Assembly (NCBI GenBank): GCA_030390025.1
Contig: CM059431.1
Span: forward strand, 145,020,001-145,084,000
Origin: Squalus acanthias
Lineage: Eukaryota
Direction: 5' to 3'
DNA: 64,000 nucleotides
The first letter of the stretch is position 1, and the number at the start of each line of letters is the position of its first letter. The position numbers were made by a program, and so were the translations under genes. The notes under the pieces are model-generated. The model saw only the letters and a program-made list of their open reading frames with translations, made no database searches and had not been told where the DNA came from. This document shows positions 52,501 through 64,000 of this stretch, piece by piece.

Positions 52501-54855
52501 TCAGAATCAGGGGAATTTATAATGTGAAACAAAGAAATGGCAGAACAATTAAATACATACTTTGGTTTTGTCTTCACAACTGAGGACACAAATAAACTCC
52601 CAGAGATGTCGGGGAACATAGGGTCTAATGAGAGGGAGGAACTGAATGAAATCAGTATTTGTAGGGAAGTGGTGTTAGGGAAATTGACGGGATTGAAGGC
52701 CGATAAATACCCAGGGCCTGATAATCTACATCCTAGGGTACTTAAGGAGGTGGCCCGAGAAATAGTAGATGCATTGCTGGTCATCTTCCAAAATTCTATA
52801 GACTCTGGAACAGTTCCCATGAATTTAAGGGTAGCTAATGTAACCCCACTATTTAAAAAAGGTGGTAGAGAGAAAACGGGGAATTATAGACCAGTAAGCC
52901 TGACATCGGTAGTGGGGCAAATGCTAGAGGCCATTATAAAAGATGTAATGGCAGAGCACTTGGATAACAGTGACAGTATCGGAATAAGTCAACATGGATT
53001 TACAAAAGGTAAATCATACTTGACGAATCTACTGGAATTTTTTGAGGATGTAACTGGTAGAATAGATAAGGGTGAACCAGTGGATGTGGTGTATTTGGAC
53101 TTTCAGAAGGCTTTCGATAAGGTCCCGCATAAGAGATTAGTGTGCAAAAGTTAAAGCACATGGGATTGGGGGTAAGGTACTGAATTGGATAGAAAACAGT
53201 TTTGCAGACAGGATGCAAACAGTTGGAAGTGACGGGTCTTTTTCCGAGTGGCAGGCAGTGACTAGTGGGGTACCGCAGGGATCGGTGCTAGGACCCCAGT
53301 TATTCACAATATATATTAATGATCGAGACGAGGGAACTAGATGTAATATCTCCAAGTTTGCAGACGACACAAAGCTGGGTGGGCGTGTGTGCTGTGAGGA
53401 GGATGCAGATAAACTCCAGTATGATTTGGACAGGTTGGGTGATTGGGCAAATGCATTGCAGTTGCAGTATAATGTGGATAAATGCGAGGTTATCCACTTT
53501 GGTGGCAAAAACAGGAAAGCAGATTATTATCTGAACGGCAATAGATTGGGAAAAGTGGATGTGCATCAAGACCTGGGTGTCGTTGTGCACAAGTAGCTAA
53601 AGGTAAGCATGCAGGTGCAGCAGGCGGTTAAGAAGGCAAATTATATGTTGGCCTTCATAGCGAGAGGATTCGAGTACAGGAGCAAGGATGTCTTGCTGCA
53701 GTTGTACAGGGCCTTGGTGAGACCACACCTTGAGTATTGTGTGCAGTTTTGGTCTCCTTATCTGAGGAAGGATGTTCTTGCCATGGAGGGAGTGCAGCGG
53801 AGATTCACCAGACTGATACCTGGGATGACAGGAATGACGTATGAAGAGAGATTGGGTCGATTAGGCTTATATTCGCTAGAGTTTAGAAGAATGAGAGGGG
53901 ATCTCATTGAAACTTTTAAAATTCTAACAGGACTAGACAGACTAGATGCAGGAAGGCTGTTCCCGAATCAAGGGTCACAGTCTAAGGATAAGGGGTAAAC
54001 CATTTAGGACGGAGATGAGGAGGAATTCCTTCGCCCAGAGAGTGGTGAACCTGTGGAATTCTCTACCACAGAAGTCAGTTGAGGCCAATCCATTTAATAT
54101 ATTCAAGAAGGAGTTAGATATATTTCTTAAGGCTATGGTGATCAAAGTATATGGGGAGAAAGCAGGGACAGGGTACTGAATTTGGTTGATCAGCCATGAT
54201 CATTTTGAATGGCGGAGCAGGCTCGAGGGACCGAATGGCCTACTCCTGCTCCTCTCTTCTATGTTTCTATGTTTCTATGTTTACAGGGCCTTGGTGAGAC
54301 CACACTTGGAATACTGCGTGCAATTTTGATCTCCTTATCTATGAAAGGATGTACTTAGCACAGAGGAAGTGCAGCGTAGGTTCACCAGACTGATTCCTGG
54401 GATGGCAGGCCTGTCGTATGAGAAGAGATTGGATCCATTTGGCATGTATTCACTTCAGTTTCGAAGAATGAGAGGGGATCTCATTGAAACATATAAAATT
54501 CGGACAGTGCTAGACAGACTGGATGCAGGGAAGATATTTCCCATGGCTGGAGGGTCTCGAACGAGGGGTCACAGTCTCCGGATACGGGGCAGGACCTTAC
54601 GGACTGGGATGAGGAGAAATATCTTCACTCAGATTCTTTGGAATTCTCTAACACAGAAGGCTGTGGAGCCAAGTCACGAAATATATTAAGAAGGAGATAC
54701 ATAGATTTTACACACAAAAGGCATCAGGGGGTATGGGGAGAGCGCGGGAATATGGTATTGAGATAGAGGATCAGAGAAGATAATATTGAATGGCGGAGCA
54801 GGCTCGAAGGGCCGAATGACCTACTCCTGCTCCTATTTTTCTATGTTTCTATGCA
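49545..54855 (+). mobile_element. Older CR1 3' fragment (49545-49843 and 54282-54855) split by a full-length CR1
   Basis: Left part ends cagttatacagg; right part resumes tacagggccttggtgagacc (LQLYR|ALVRPHL). Confidence 0.88.
49844..54281 (+). mobile_element. Full-length CR1 LINE (~4.4 kb): 5' UTR, ORF1 (Cys-rich N-terminus + esterase), ORF2 (EN+RT), (ttctatgt)n tail; ORFs interrupted
   Basis: ORF 50304-51092 CSSC...DDHVC, RDSIVR, VCCLAGA; ORFs 51332-54179 cover EN and RT; TSD tacagg at 49838-49843 and 54282-54287. Confidence 0.95.
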
Positions 54856-55129
54856 TACTCTTAAGCTGCGGGGTGAAAACCTCCAGAAATCTGCTATTCA
54901 CGTAACTCTGAGCCTCGTGGATGCACCGCAGTGACTCCAGCTGGCGCTCAAGCTCTGAAACACGGATCTCGAGCTGACGTAGCTGGTGACACTTCCTGCA
55001 CATGTTGTCGTCCAGGCTACGTGAAGTGTCCTGGACATTCCACCTGCCATGCGTCTATTTGAAAGACTAGGGAATGGAATGGAATTAAGAAAGATGATTA
55101 ACGGCATCAGGAATTTAAGATGAGGAATG

Positions 55130-55535
55130 ATCGAGAGGATTTGGCTATAAGAGTAAAGACGTCATACTGGAATTATATAGGGCCCTGATGAGACCACACC
55201 TGGAGTATTGTGTACAGTTTTGGTCTCCTCGCCTAACGAAGGATATACTTGCCATAGAGGGAGTGGGGTTTGTCCTATGAGGAGAGATTAAGTAGACCAA
55301 CCCTATATTCTCTAGCGTTTAGAAGAATGAGAGGTGATCTCATTGAAACATAAAAAAATTCTTATAGAGCTTGACCGGGCAGATGCAGGGAGGATGTTTC
55401 CCCCGACTGGGGAGTCTAGAACTAGTGGGGTCACAGTCTCAGAATAAGGGTCGGTAATTTAGAACTGAGATGAGGAGTAATTTCTTCTCTCAGAGGGTGG
55501 TGAATCTTTGGAATTCTCTACCCTGGAAGGCTGTT
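55130..55535 (+). mobile_element. CR1 3' fragment
   Basis: agaccacacctggagtattgtgtacagttttgg; MRSNFFSQRVVNLWNSLP. Confidence 0.85.
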
Positions 55536-55661
55536 AATGCCCTAGAGGCCCTGGTAGTGGCAGTGGACAAGAGGAGGGACATGCTCTGTCCCCTCGTTGG
55601 CAAGAAACCCTCCAGTCATCAACTCCATCGACAGTGGGAAGAGGTGGCCGAAGACAAGGAA

Positions 55662-56030
55662 TCAGAGAATTATAATTGTTTACAGCATAGAAGTAGGCCA
55701 TTCGACTCATCGTGCCTGTGCTGGTCGATAAGAAGCTATCCAGCCTAATCCCACTTTCCCGCTCTTGGTCCGTAGCCTTGCTGTTCATGGCACCTCAAGT
55801 GAACATCCAAGTCCTTTTTAAATGCAATGAGGGTTTCTGCCTCTTCTACCCTCTCAGGCAGTGAGTTCCAGACCCCCAGCACCCTCTGGGTGAAAAAAGT
55901 ACTCAACTCCCCTCTAATCCTTCTACCAATTACTATAAATCTCTGCCCCCTGGTTATTGACCTCTCTTCTAGCGAAACAGGTGCTTCATATCCACACTAT
56001 CAAAGCCCCTCATAATTTTATACACCTCCC
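55662..56030 (-). mobile_element. CR1 3'-end fragment
   Basis: gtaggccattcg...tctaccctctcaggcagtgagttccagacccccagcaccctctgggtgaaaaa (antisense of FTQRVLGVWNSLP). Confidence 0.8.
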
Positions 56031-56849
56031 TGATAATTTTAGCAGTGCTGGAGGCTTAGCTCCTAGGATATGGCTGCGGTTCCGTAATGACCCCACTGGA
56101 GTTGTCAAGGTAAGAACGCCGCTCTCTTACTCTCTGCTCACACCTCCCCCATCGTCAGCCTCAATACTCACTATACTGCTAATACTCCCCTACCCACTTC
56201 GTTACAGCCCCCTACAAACGCTGCACGACACTTCACTATATATTCTTCCCCTCAAAGTCACACACCCCAAATCTAAGATCTCACACGCTGCATACCAGCT
56301 TTTCTACCATGACATGCGCATTTTCAAACACCTCACACGAATGTTACGAAAACATTCCCTTCTGTTTTGCAGAAGTTGAAGTGGACTTGAGACAGGAAGC
56401 TGTCACCAGAAGAGGCCGAGCCTGCGTGCACACACTCTCCCCCCGCAGAGAATATGTACTGACCATCAACGGCAGGGACAGAGCCAGGTTCGTGGCGACT
56501 GGCATCACTGGAACAAACGTTGCAGATTGTCTCCCACTTTTTCCTATTTTTCGCTTCTTACATCTATTTCACCCTGACACTGTGCACGACAAACTCCAGG
56601 TGCTTTCACCAGAAACGTCTCTCTCTCTCTCTCTATCTCTCTCTGCTCCAACTTTAAAATAAAATATAACAATTGGCTGTCTCTTTCAGTTCAAATGCTG
56701 AAGATGTTGACATCCTTCTGCCAGTAGAGGAACAAGAGGACAGTCTTCCTGGGGAGTCGAGCTAACCATCGCAAGCAGCAGCTCAAATATTGGCACCACA
56801 TGTACTTTAGAGGCTAGGCTAGATAAGGGGTCCTCACATGGTGATTGTC

Positions 56850-58490
56850 AAGAAGAGCTAAACACGATTAAAATCACTAAGGAGATGGTGCTCGGTAAGA
56901 TAATGGGACTTAAGGCGGATAAATCCCCTGGACCTGATGGCTTACATCCTATGGTCTTGAGAGAAGTTGCGGTAGGGATTGCGGATGCATTGGTGGTAAT
57001 TTTCCAAAACTCCCTGGATTCGGGAAAGGTCCCAGCAGATTGGAAAACTGCTAATGTAACACACTTATTTAAAAAGGGAGGTAGACAAAAGGCTGGAAAC
57101 TATAGACCAGTTAAACTAACATCTGTGGTTGGTAAAATGTTGGAGTCTATTATTAAGGAAGCAGTAACAGGACATTTGGATAAGCATAATTTAATCGGAC
57201 AGAATCAGCATGGTTTTATGAAGGGGAAATCATGCTTGACAAACTTGCTCGAATTCTTTGAGGACGTAACAAACAAGGTGGATAAAGGGGAATCCGTGGA
57301 TGTGATGTATTTGGACTTCCAAAAGGCATTTGACAAGGTGCCACACAAGAGATTACTGCACAAGATAAAAAATCACGGGATTGGGTAATATACTGGAATT
57401 GGTGGAAGATTGGCTATCTAACAGAAAACAGAGAGTTGGGATAAATGGTTCATTCTCGGGTTGGCAATCAGTAACTAGTGGTGTTCCGCAGGGGTCAGTG
57501 CTGGGACCCCAACTCTTTACAATCTATATTAACGATTTGGAGGAGGGGACCAAGTGCAACGTATCCAAGTTTGCAGACGATACAAAGATGGGAGGGAAAG
57601 CAGTGAGTAAGGAGGACATGAACACCTGCAAAAGGACATAGACAGGCTAAGTGAGTGGGCAGAAATTTGGCAGATGGAATATAATGTTGGAAAGTGTGAG
57701 GTTATGCACTTTGGCAGAAAAAAATCAAAGAGCAAGTTATTATCTAAATGGAAAGAAACGGCAAAGTGCTACAGTACAAAGGGATCTGGGTGTCCTGGTG
57801 TTTGAAACACAGAAGGTTAGTACGCAGGTACAGCAGGTGATCAGGAAGGCCAATGGAATCTTGGCTTTTATTGCAAGGGGGATGGAGTATAAAAGCAGAG
57901 AAGTCTTGCTTCAGCTATACAGGGTACTGGTGAGGCCACACCTGGAATACTGCGTACAGTTTCGGTTTCCATATTTAAGAAAAGATACACTTGCTCTTGA
58001 GGCAGTTCAGAGAAGGTTCACTCAGTTGATTCCGGAGATGAGGGGGTTGACTTATGAGGAAAGGTTGAGCCTCTACTCATTGGAATACAGAAGAATGAGA
58101 GGCGATCTTATCGAAACATATAAGATTGTGAGAGGGCTTGATCGGGTGGATGTGGGGAGGATGTTTCCACTGATGGGTGAGACTAGAACTAGGGGGCATA
58201 ATCTTAGAATAATGGGCTGCCGTTTCAAAACTGAGATGAGGAGAAACTTCTTCACTCAGAGGGTAGTAAATCTATGGAATTTGCTACATCAGAGAGCTGT
58301 GGAAGCTGCGACATTAAATAAATTTAAAACGGAGATAGACAGTTTCCTAGCTGATAAGGGAATTAAGGGTTATGGGGAGCGGGCAGGGAAGTGGACGTGA
58401 GTCGAGGTTCGGTCAGCCATGATCCTATTGAATGGCAGAGCAGGCCCGAAGGGTCGTATGGCCTACTCCTGCTCCTAATTCTTATGTAAA
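56850..58490 (+). mobile_element. 5'-truncated CR1 (RT + 3' UTR), relatively well preserved
   Basis: ORFs 56885-57388, 57381-57641 and 57651-58400 with the RT motifs; ends ttcttatgtaaaaaaa. Confidence 0.95.
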
Positions 58491-59134
58491 AAAAAGATGG
58501 GGATGGAGGATTTGGCACATGCACACTGGAGAGCGAGATCGCATTCTAGCTTTGCTGGAGTGGACTCAGATATTGACTTCGAGGGGCCCACCTACCGAAT
58601 AAGACATATATAGGAAATGCTCGGTGCAATGGGCAGCCTGCCAGTGAGCTTATGCACAATGCTGCAGAGCATAGAGGTGTCCAGCCCCAACATGCGTCAC
58701 GGCTTTGCGCAGGCATGGATCCCACTCTGTGCAATATGGGCTGAGTGATCAGCTCCATCAGCACACCAGAGGCACCCACCATGATGGAGCTTCTGCTGGC
58801 ATCTTCCATGGCATCTCTCATTGCTGCTCGGAGTGCTGAGGCACAGTCCCAGGAGGATGGCCTTTCCTCCATGGGAGAGGCACCTGCTGTCATCTCTCAG
58901 GAGGACAGCATGCCTGCTCCCTCAGCAGCCAGTCCACCAGTGCTCCTGTTAGTGCCACACAGCCACCTGGGCCAACGTCAAGATGCCACAGTCTGCAGCC
59001 GGCCATTCTAGGCACAGATCTCATCGAGGTCACCCATCACAGCCATCTGAAATGTCCACAATGGTCATTCAGCAGCGTTCCAGTTCGCAAGCTGCAGCCA
59101 CTGGTGAAATACCTCACAGGAGCTGCAGGATAGT

Positions 59135-59438
59135 GGGCAGCACGGTGGCATAGTTGTTAGCACTGTTGCCGCACAGCGCCACGGACCCGGGTTCGAATCC
59201 GCCCTCGGGTGACTGTCTGAGTGGAGTTTGCACATTCTCCCCGTGTCTGCGTGGGTTTCCTGCTCCGGTTTCCTCCCACAGTCCAAAGATGTGCGGGTTA
59301 GGTTGATTTGGCTATGATAAGTTGACCCTTAGTGTTAGGGGGATTAAATACGTGGGGTGGCTGGGATATGTCTCGGTGCAGGCTCGATGGGCCGAAATGG
59401 CCTCTATCTGCACTGTGGGGATTCTATGATTCTGTGAT
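59135..59438 (+). mobile_element. tRNA-derived V-SINE (HE1-like)
   Basis: A box tggcatagttgttag, B box ggttcgaatcc, V-domain-like gtggagtttgcacattctccccgtgtctgcgtgggtttcc, tail ctatgattctgtgat. Confidence 0.85.
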
Positions 59439-59579
59439 AGGGAAACGAGCACGCAATACAGACAGAAAGGCCTCGATTTCCCCTCCCGAGGCGAGCTAAG
59501 TGAAACCGAGCTTAGAGATAACAATCCAAGACAAACATTTTACTTGGAATAATATTGGTTAATAAATTACAGGCACCAC

Positions 59580-60675
59580 GGATATGATAAATCGTGTCTA
59601 ACAAACTTGACTGATTTCTTTAATGAAGTAACTGGGAATGTTGATGGCAATAGTGCTGTTGATGTTGTGTATGTGGACTTTCAAAAGGCGTTTGATCAAA
59701 TGCCACATAATAGAATTGTTTGCAAAATTGAAGCCCTCAGGGTTAAATTGATCGTGGCATCATTGTAGCAAAATGGCTGACGGTCAGAAAGCAGGGAGTA
59801 GAGGTGAATAGCTGTTTTTCGCACTGGAAGGAACTGAGCAGTGGAGTTCAGCAGGCGTCGGTATTAGGACCACTGCTGTTTTTAATCTATATTAATAAAC
59901 TGTATTTCGGTGTACGAGGCATAATTTCAAAGCTTGCTGATGATACGAATCTCGGAAGGTAGTAAACAGTGAGCAGGATAGTAGCAAACTTCACGAGGGC
60001 ATAGGCAGACACATGGCAGATGAAATTTAATGCAGAGAAGTGTGATGTGACACAATTTGGAAGGAAGCATAAGGAAAGGCAAAATAAACTAAATGTTAAA
60101 ATTTTAAATGGGATTCCGGAACAGGGAGACCTGGAGGTTTACGAACAGAGATCTTGAAGGTGGCAGAACAAGTTGAGAAAGCTGTTAAAAAATCACACGG
60201 GATTTTTTGGCTTTATAAATAGAGACATACACATGGAAGAAAGTTATGCTAAACATTGATAAAACGCTGGTTAGGACTCAGTATGGTGTCTAATTCTGTG
60301 GACCACACATTAGGAAGTATGTCCAGGTTTGGATAGGGTGCAGAGGAGATTTACAAGAACAGTACCAGAGATGAGTCCAAAAATGTGTGGGTTAGGTTGA
60401 TTTGGCTATGATAAATTGACCCTTAGTGTTAGGGGGGATTAAATATGTGGGGTTATGGGGATAGGATGGGATATGTTAGGGGGAATTAAATACGTGGGGT
60501 TACGGGGGTAGGGTGGGATATGTGTACTGTGGGGATTAAAGCAGGGACAGGGTACTGGATTTGGATGATCAGCCATGATCGTATTGAATGGCGGAGCAGG
60601 CTCGACGGGCCGAATGGCCTACTCCTGCTCCTAGATTCTATGTTTCTATGTTTCTATGTTTCTATGTTTCTATGA
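59580..60675 (+). mobile_element. Degenerate CR1 RT followed by a SINE fragment (60375-60540) and a CR1 tail with (tttctatg)n
   Basis: gtggactttcaaaaggcgtttgat, gctgatgatacg; 60375-60440 repeats 59281-59350. Confidence 0.85.
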
Positions 60676-61411
60676 GCAACTATACCGGTCTGTTTGACTC
60701 CCCTATTCTAGGTAAATAAATACAGTCACTTTCAGTAATTATTTGATATCCCGTGCTGAGAACTCGCCTGGATTGGTTCGTATTCATAGACTCGAAGGAT
60801 ATCCCCCTAGCAAGTATTAACGTATAATTTGCTGGAACATCTTGAGGATATTAATACAACTAAGAAGTTGATTTATCTCCGGTATCTGAATCAATAGAAT
60901 TTGGATTAATCTATTCGCTTGACCCAACACTCCATAAAGGTATTTTGGGTTCTTTCTGCTTTTTGGGTCAAATAAATGTTCACCAGTTTAGCATTTTCTT
61001 AAATATCTCTCATTTACCGCGCTGATTTTGTCGTCATAAAACAGTTCCCCGATTTACTTTAAGTAGTTTGTAGGTCAGTAAACTCATGAACATCCCTCCA
61101 ACTCCTGTCTGTTGTTTCTCCTCTCTCTTTTTCCCAGTGCGACTAAAATTCTTGGTTCCCTTTGATTTCAGTCCATGAGGAGTTATATCATACCCGTTAC
61201 CCTGTCCTTTCCTTGTACAGAGACTGACGGATCCGCTGGGTATTTTCGTCTTTTTGTGTCCTTTCAGATTCACAATATTATCAGTTTTATTCATTTCTTT
61301 CTTATTTGGCCTTTATCTGTTTTGTGACATTCTGTGATTTTATGATCTGACATCCTGTCAGTTCTGTGATGTTTAAATAAACCAAACTCATTATGTGTCC
61401 CTCCCACTCAC

Positions 61412-61578
61412 CCGATGTTCTTGCCCACTGAAAAGCCTCTCGTATGTTAAAAAAGAGCTGAGTCCGTCCACCCCTCCTGCAATCGCCTGTTCCAGTCTGT
61501 CCCGGTAGAATTTCGTCAGCTGGAACAGCTGGTAATCGTTGATCTCTGTCAAGAATTCAGTGAATGCAGAGTTCGGAT
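61412..61578 (-). CDS. CARD/death-fold-like NLR N-terminal exon (open, 167 nt)
   Basis: ttttcacag|at...cgg|gtgagt; DPNSAFTEFLTEINDYQLFQLTKFYRDRLEQAIAGGVDGLSSFLTYERLFSGQEHR resembles the N-terminus recalled for shark NLRs. Confidence 0.75.
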
Positions 61579-61599
61579 CTGTGAAAACAAAGGGAGAAA

Positions 61600-64000
61600 A
61601 ATAAAATGAAAGCAGAAAATGCTGGAAATGTCCAGCAGGTCAGGCAGTATCTGCAAAGAGAGAAACAGAGGTAACGTTTCAGGTCGATGACACTTCATCA
61701 GAACTTGAAAAGTTTAGATATGTAACAGGTTTTAGGCAAATAGAGAGGCAGGAAAAGGGGGAGGAGGGGAACGCATAAAAGGGAATATCTGTGATAGGAT
61801 GGAAGGGAGGAGAGATTAAAAGACAAAAGGGGAGATGGTGCAAGGCAAATGCAGATAGTAATGGGACAAATTAAGAAACAAAAGCTGACTTTATATGTGG
61901 TGTAAATGGCAAATCATCAACAGCTGCGACGTGAGAGACAAAAAAAAGGCAAGGAATTAAAAAAAAAGTGTCCAAGGTTAAAATCTGAAATTGTTGAACT
62001 CGATGTGGATTCCAGAAGGCTTAACGTGCCTCATCAAAAGATGAGGTGCTGTTCCTCGAGCTTACGTCGAGCTTCGTTGGAACAGTGTAAGAGGTCGAGT
62101 ACGGAGAGATCAGAGTAGGATTGTAGCGGAGAATTAAAGTGACCGGCGACCAGAAGCTCGCGGTCATGCTTACAGACTGAACAGAGGTGTTCCGCAAAGT
62201 GTTCATCCAATCAACGTTTGGTCTCTCCAAAGTAGAGGAGACGGCATCGTGAGCATCGAATACAGGATACTAAATTGCAAGAAGTAAAAGTAAATCGCTG
62301 TTTCTCCTGGAAGGAGTGTTTGGGCCCTGAACAGTCGGAAGGGAGGAGGTAAAAGGGCAGGTGTTGCATCTCCTCCGCTTGCACAGGAAGGTGCTGTGGG
62401 AAGGGGAAGGGGTATTGGTGTGATAGAGGAGTGTACCAGGGTGTCGCAGAGAGAGCGGTCCCTTCGAAATACTGAAAGGGGAGGGGAGGGGATGATGTAT
62501 TTCGTGGTGGGCTCACGCTGGAGGTGGTGGAAACGGTGGAGGATTATCCGTTGAATGTGAAGGTTGGTGTGGTGAAATGTGAGGACAAGGGGAACATTAT
62601 CGTGGTGCTGGGAGGGAGGGGAAGGGGTGAGATCAGAAGTGAGGGAAATAGAACGGACACGTTCAACGGCATTGTCAAACATGGTAGAGAGGAATCCAAG
62701 GTTGAGGAAAAAGGAAGACATGTCGGAAGCACTAGTATGGAAGGTGGCATCGTCAGAGCAGATGTTGCGTAGATGGTGAAACTGGGAGAATGCGATAGAG
62801 TCCTTCCAGGAAGCGGGCTGGCAATAATTGTAGTCCAGTTAGCTGTAGCAGTCAGTGGGCTTATAGAGAATGTTTGCCAATAGGCTATCCCCAGAAATAG
62901 AGTCAGAGAATTCGAGGAAGGGAAGGGAATAGTCGGAAATGGACCATGTGAAGGAGAGGGAAAGTTGGAAATTGGAAGCAAAGTGGTTAATTTTTTTAGT
63001 ACAGGGTGAGAGTAGGAATCGGCACCGATCCTGTCATCAATGTACCGGAAAAAGAGGTGAGGGAGGGGATCTGAGTAGGACTGGAACAAAGAATGTTCCA
63101 AAAATCCCACGAAAGGGCAGGCATACCTAGGGCCCATGCGGGTTCCCATAGGAACACCATTAATTTGGAGAAAGTGAGCGGTGTGAAAGGAGAAGTTGTT
63201 TAATGTGAGAACAAGTTCAGCTAGGCGGCGGAGGGTGGTGGTGGATGGGGGCTGGTTGGGCCTCTATTCAAGGAGGAAGCGGAGCACCTTCAGGCCATCC
63301 TGGTGCGGGATGGAGGTGTTGAGGGATTGGACTTCCATAGTGAAAAGGAGACGTTTGGTGCAAGGGAACTGGAAACTGTTAACGTGGCAGAGGGCGTCGG
63401 AAGAGTAAGGGATGTAGGTGGGAAGAGTCTGGACAAGGGGAGAAAATATTGTGTCGAGATAGGAAGAGATATGTTCTGTGGGGCAAGAACAGGCTGAAAT
63501 GATGGGTCTACCAAAGCAATCCTGTCTTTGTATCTTGAGAAGGAGGTAGAAGCGGGATGTACGTTGTTGGGGAACTATGAGATGGACAGCCATGGAGGGA
63601 AGATCTCCAGAGGAGATGATGTTAGTGACCATCTTGGAAACAATGGCTTGATGTTTGGTAGTGGGGTCATGGTCCAGACGGAGGTAGGAGGAGGTGTCGG
63701 AGAGTTGGTTTTCAGCCACCGCTAGTTAGAGGTCGGTTCATCAAACAACAACAGCGCCACCCTTGTCAGCAGGTTTAATGACAATGTTGGGGTTGGATCT
63801 GAGAGAATGGAGTGCTGCAAGTTCAGTGGGAGGTAGCTTAGAGTGAGTGAGAGGAGCAGAGAAATTGAGCTTGCTGAAGTCATGCCGGCAGTTAGCAATG
63901 AAAAGCTCCAGAGAGTGTAAAAGGGCAGAGGGAGCGATCCAGCTGGAATGAAAATTCTGAAAATGGGTAAAGGTTCCGTTGTGCGGGGGAAGACTCCTGG
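61600..64000 (-). mobile_element. Penelope-like element (degenerate RT + GIY-YIG), runs off the window
   Basis: ORFs 63264-63719 (GRPIISAC, LFTMEVQSLNTSIPH), 62544-63149 (MGTRMGPRYA, RYIDD), 62211-62516 (NLVSCIRCSRCRLLYFGETKR). Confidence 0.93.
61669..61705 (-). ncRNA. Minimal hammerhead ribozyme motif in Penelope terminus
   Basis: agtt-CTGATGA-agtgtc-atc-gacct-GAAA-cgtt-acct; retains palindromic ACGT; mismatches in stems I and II. Confidence 0.6.

Larger units (their letters stand above)
55536..59130 (+). mobile_element. Harbinger-type Myb/SANT-like gene relic broken by later insertions
   Basis: ALEALVVAVDKRRDMLCP...RQWEEVAED (55536-55655), resuming ~56030 APRIWLRFRND...VVK|gtaag; further pieces to 56845 and 58490-59130 (assignment of distal pieces tentative). 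Confidence 0.55.
37231..61578 (-). pseudogene. NLR (CARD-like + NACHT + ribonuclease-inhibitor-type LRR) gene, NLRP3/NLRC-like, disabled; 5' exon(s) not identified
   Basis: Exons with canonical GT-AG: 61412-61578, 43319-45053, 38718-38804, 38407-38577, 38098-38268, 37786-37956, 37491-37647, 37231-37318; stops at 44944-44946 and 43621-43623; linkage of the 61412 exon is inferred. Confidence 0.85.

Noticed and set aside
59135..59210. tRNA gene (also 1928-2005)
   Set aside because: A/B boxes run into SINE bodies and tails; no convincing cloverleaf
60730..60810. Possible NLR linker exon (GISFESMNTNQ...)
   Set aside because: Weak splice signals and too little similarity to support a call

Overview
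Repeat-dense vertebrate DNA, most likely from a cartilaginous fish (inferred from the V-SINE/HE1-like and Deu-SINE-like elements, the CR1 subfamilies and the shark-type NLR and GPCR genes). Two host genes lie on the minus strand and both look disabled. (1) A two-exon GPR139/GPR142-like class A GPCR (9503-10945) has AAG where ATG is expected and a 1-bp frameshift at the start of exon 2. (2) A multi-exon NLR (CARD-like exon 61412-61578, NACHT exon 43319-45053, six LRR exons 37231-38804) has two in-frame stops, a Walker A G>E change and a 14-bp deletion. The rest is mostly CR1, L2-like and other LINE copies (one full-length CR1 sits inside an older CR1 with a TSD), two Penelope-like elements, Harbinger-type Myb/SANT relics, SINEs, and eight mini-satellite families. 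The most unusual structure is a ~250-bp fold-back element built from two inverted Penelope termini. Each arm carries a minimal hammerhead-ribozyme motif, the element is flanked by a 13-bp target-site duplication, and it occurs twice (32611-32861, 35386-35629) with two paralogous empty sites nearby. Family names come from recalled motifs, not database searches, and TE boundaries are approximate.
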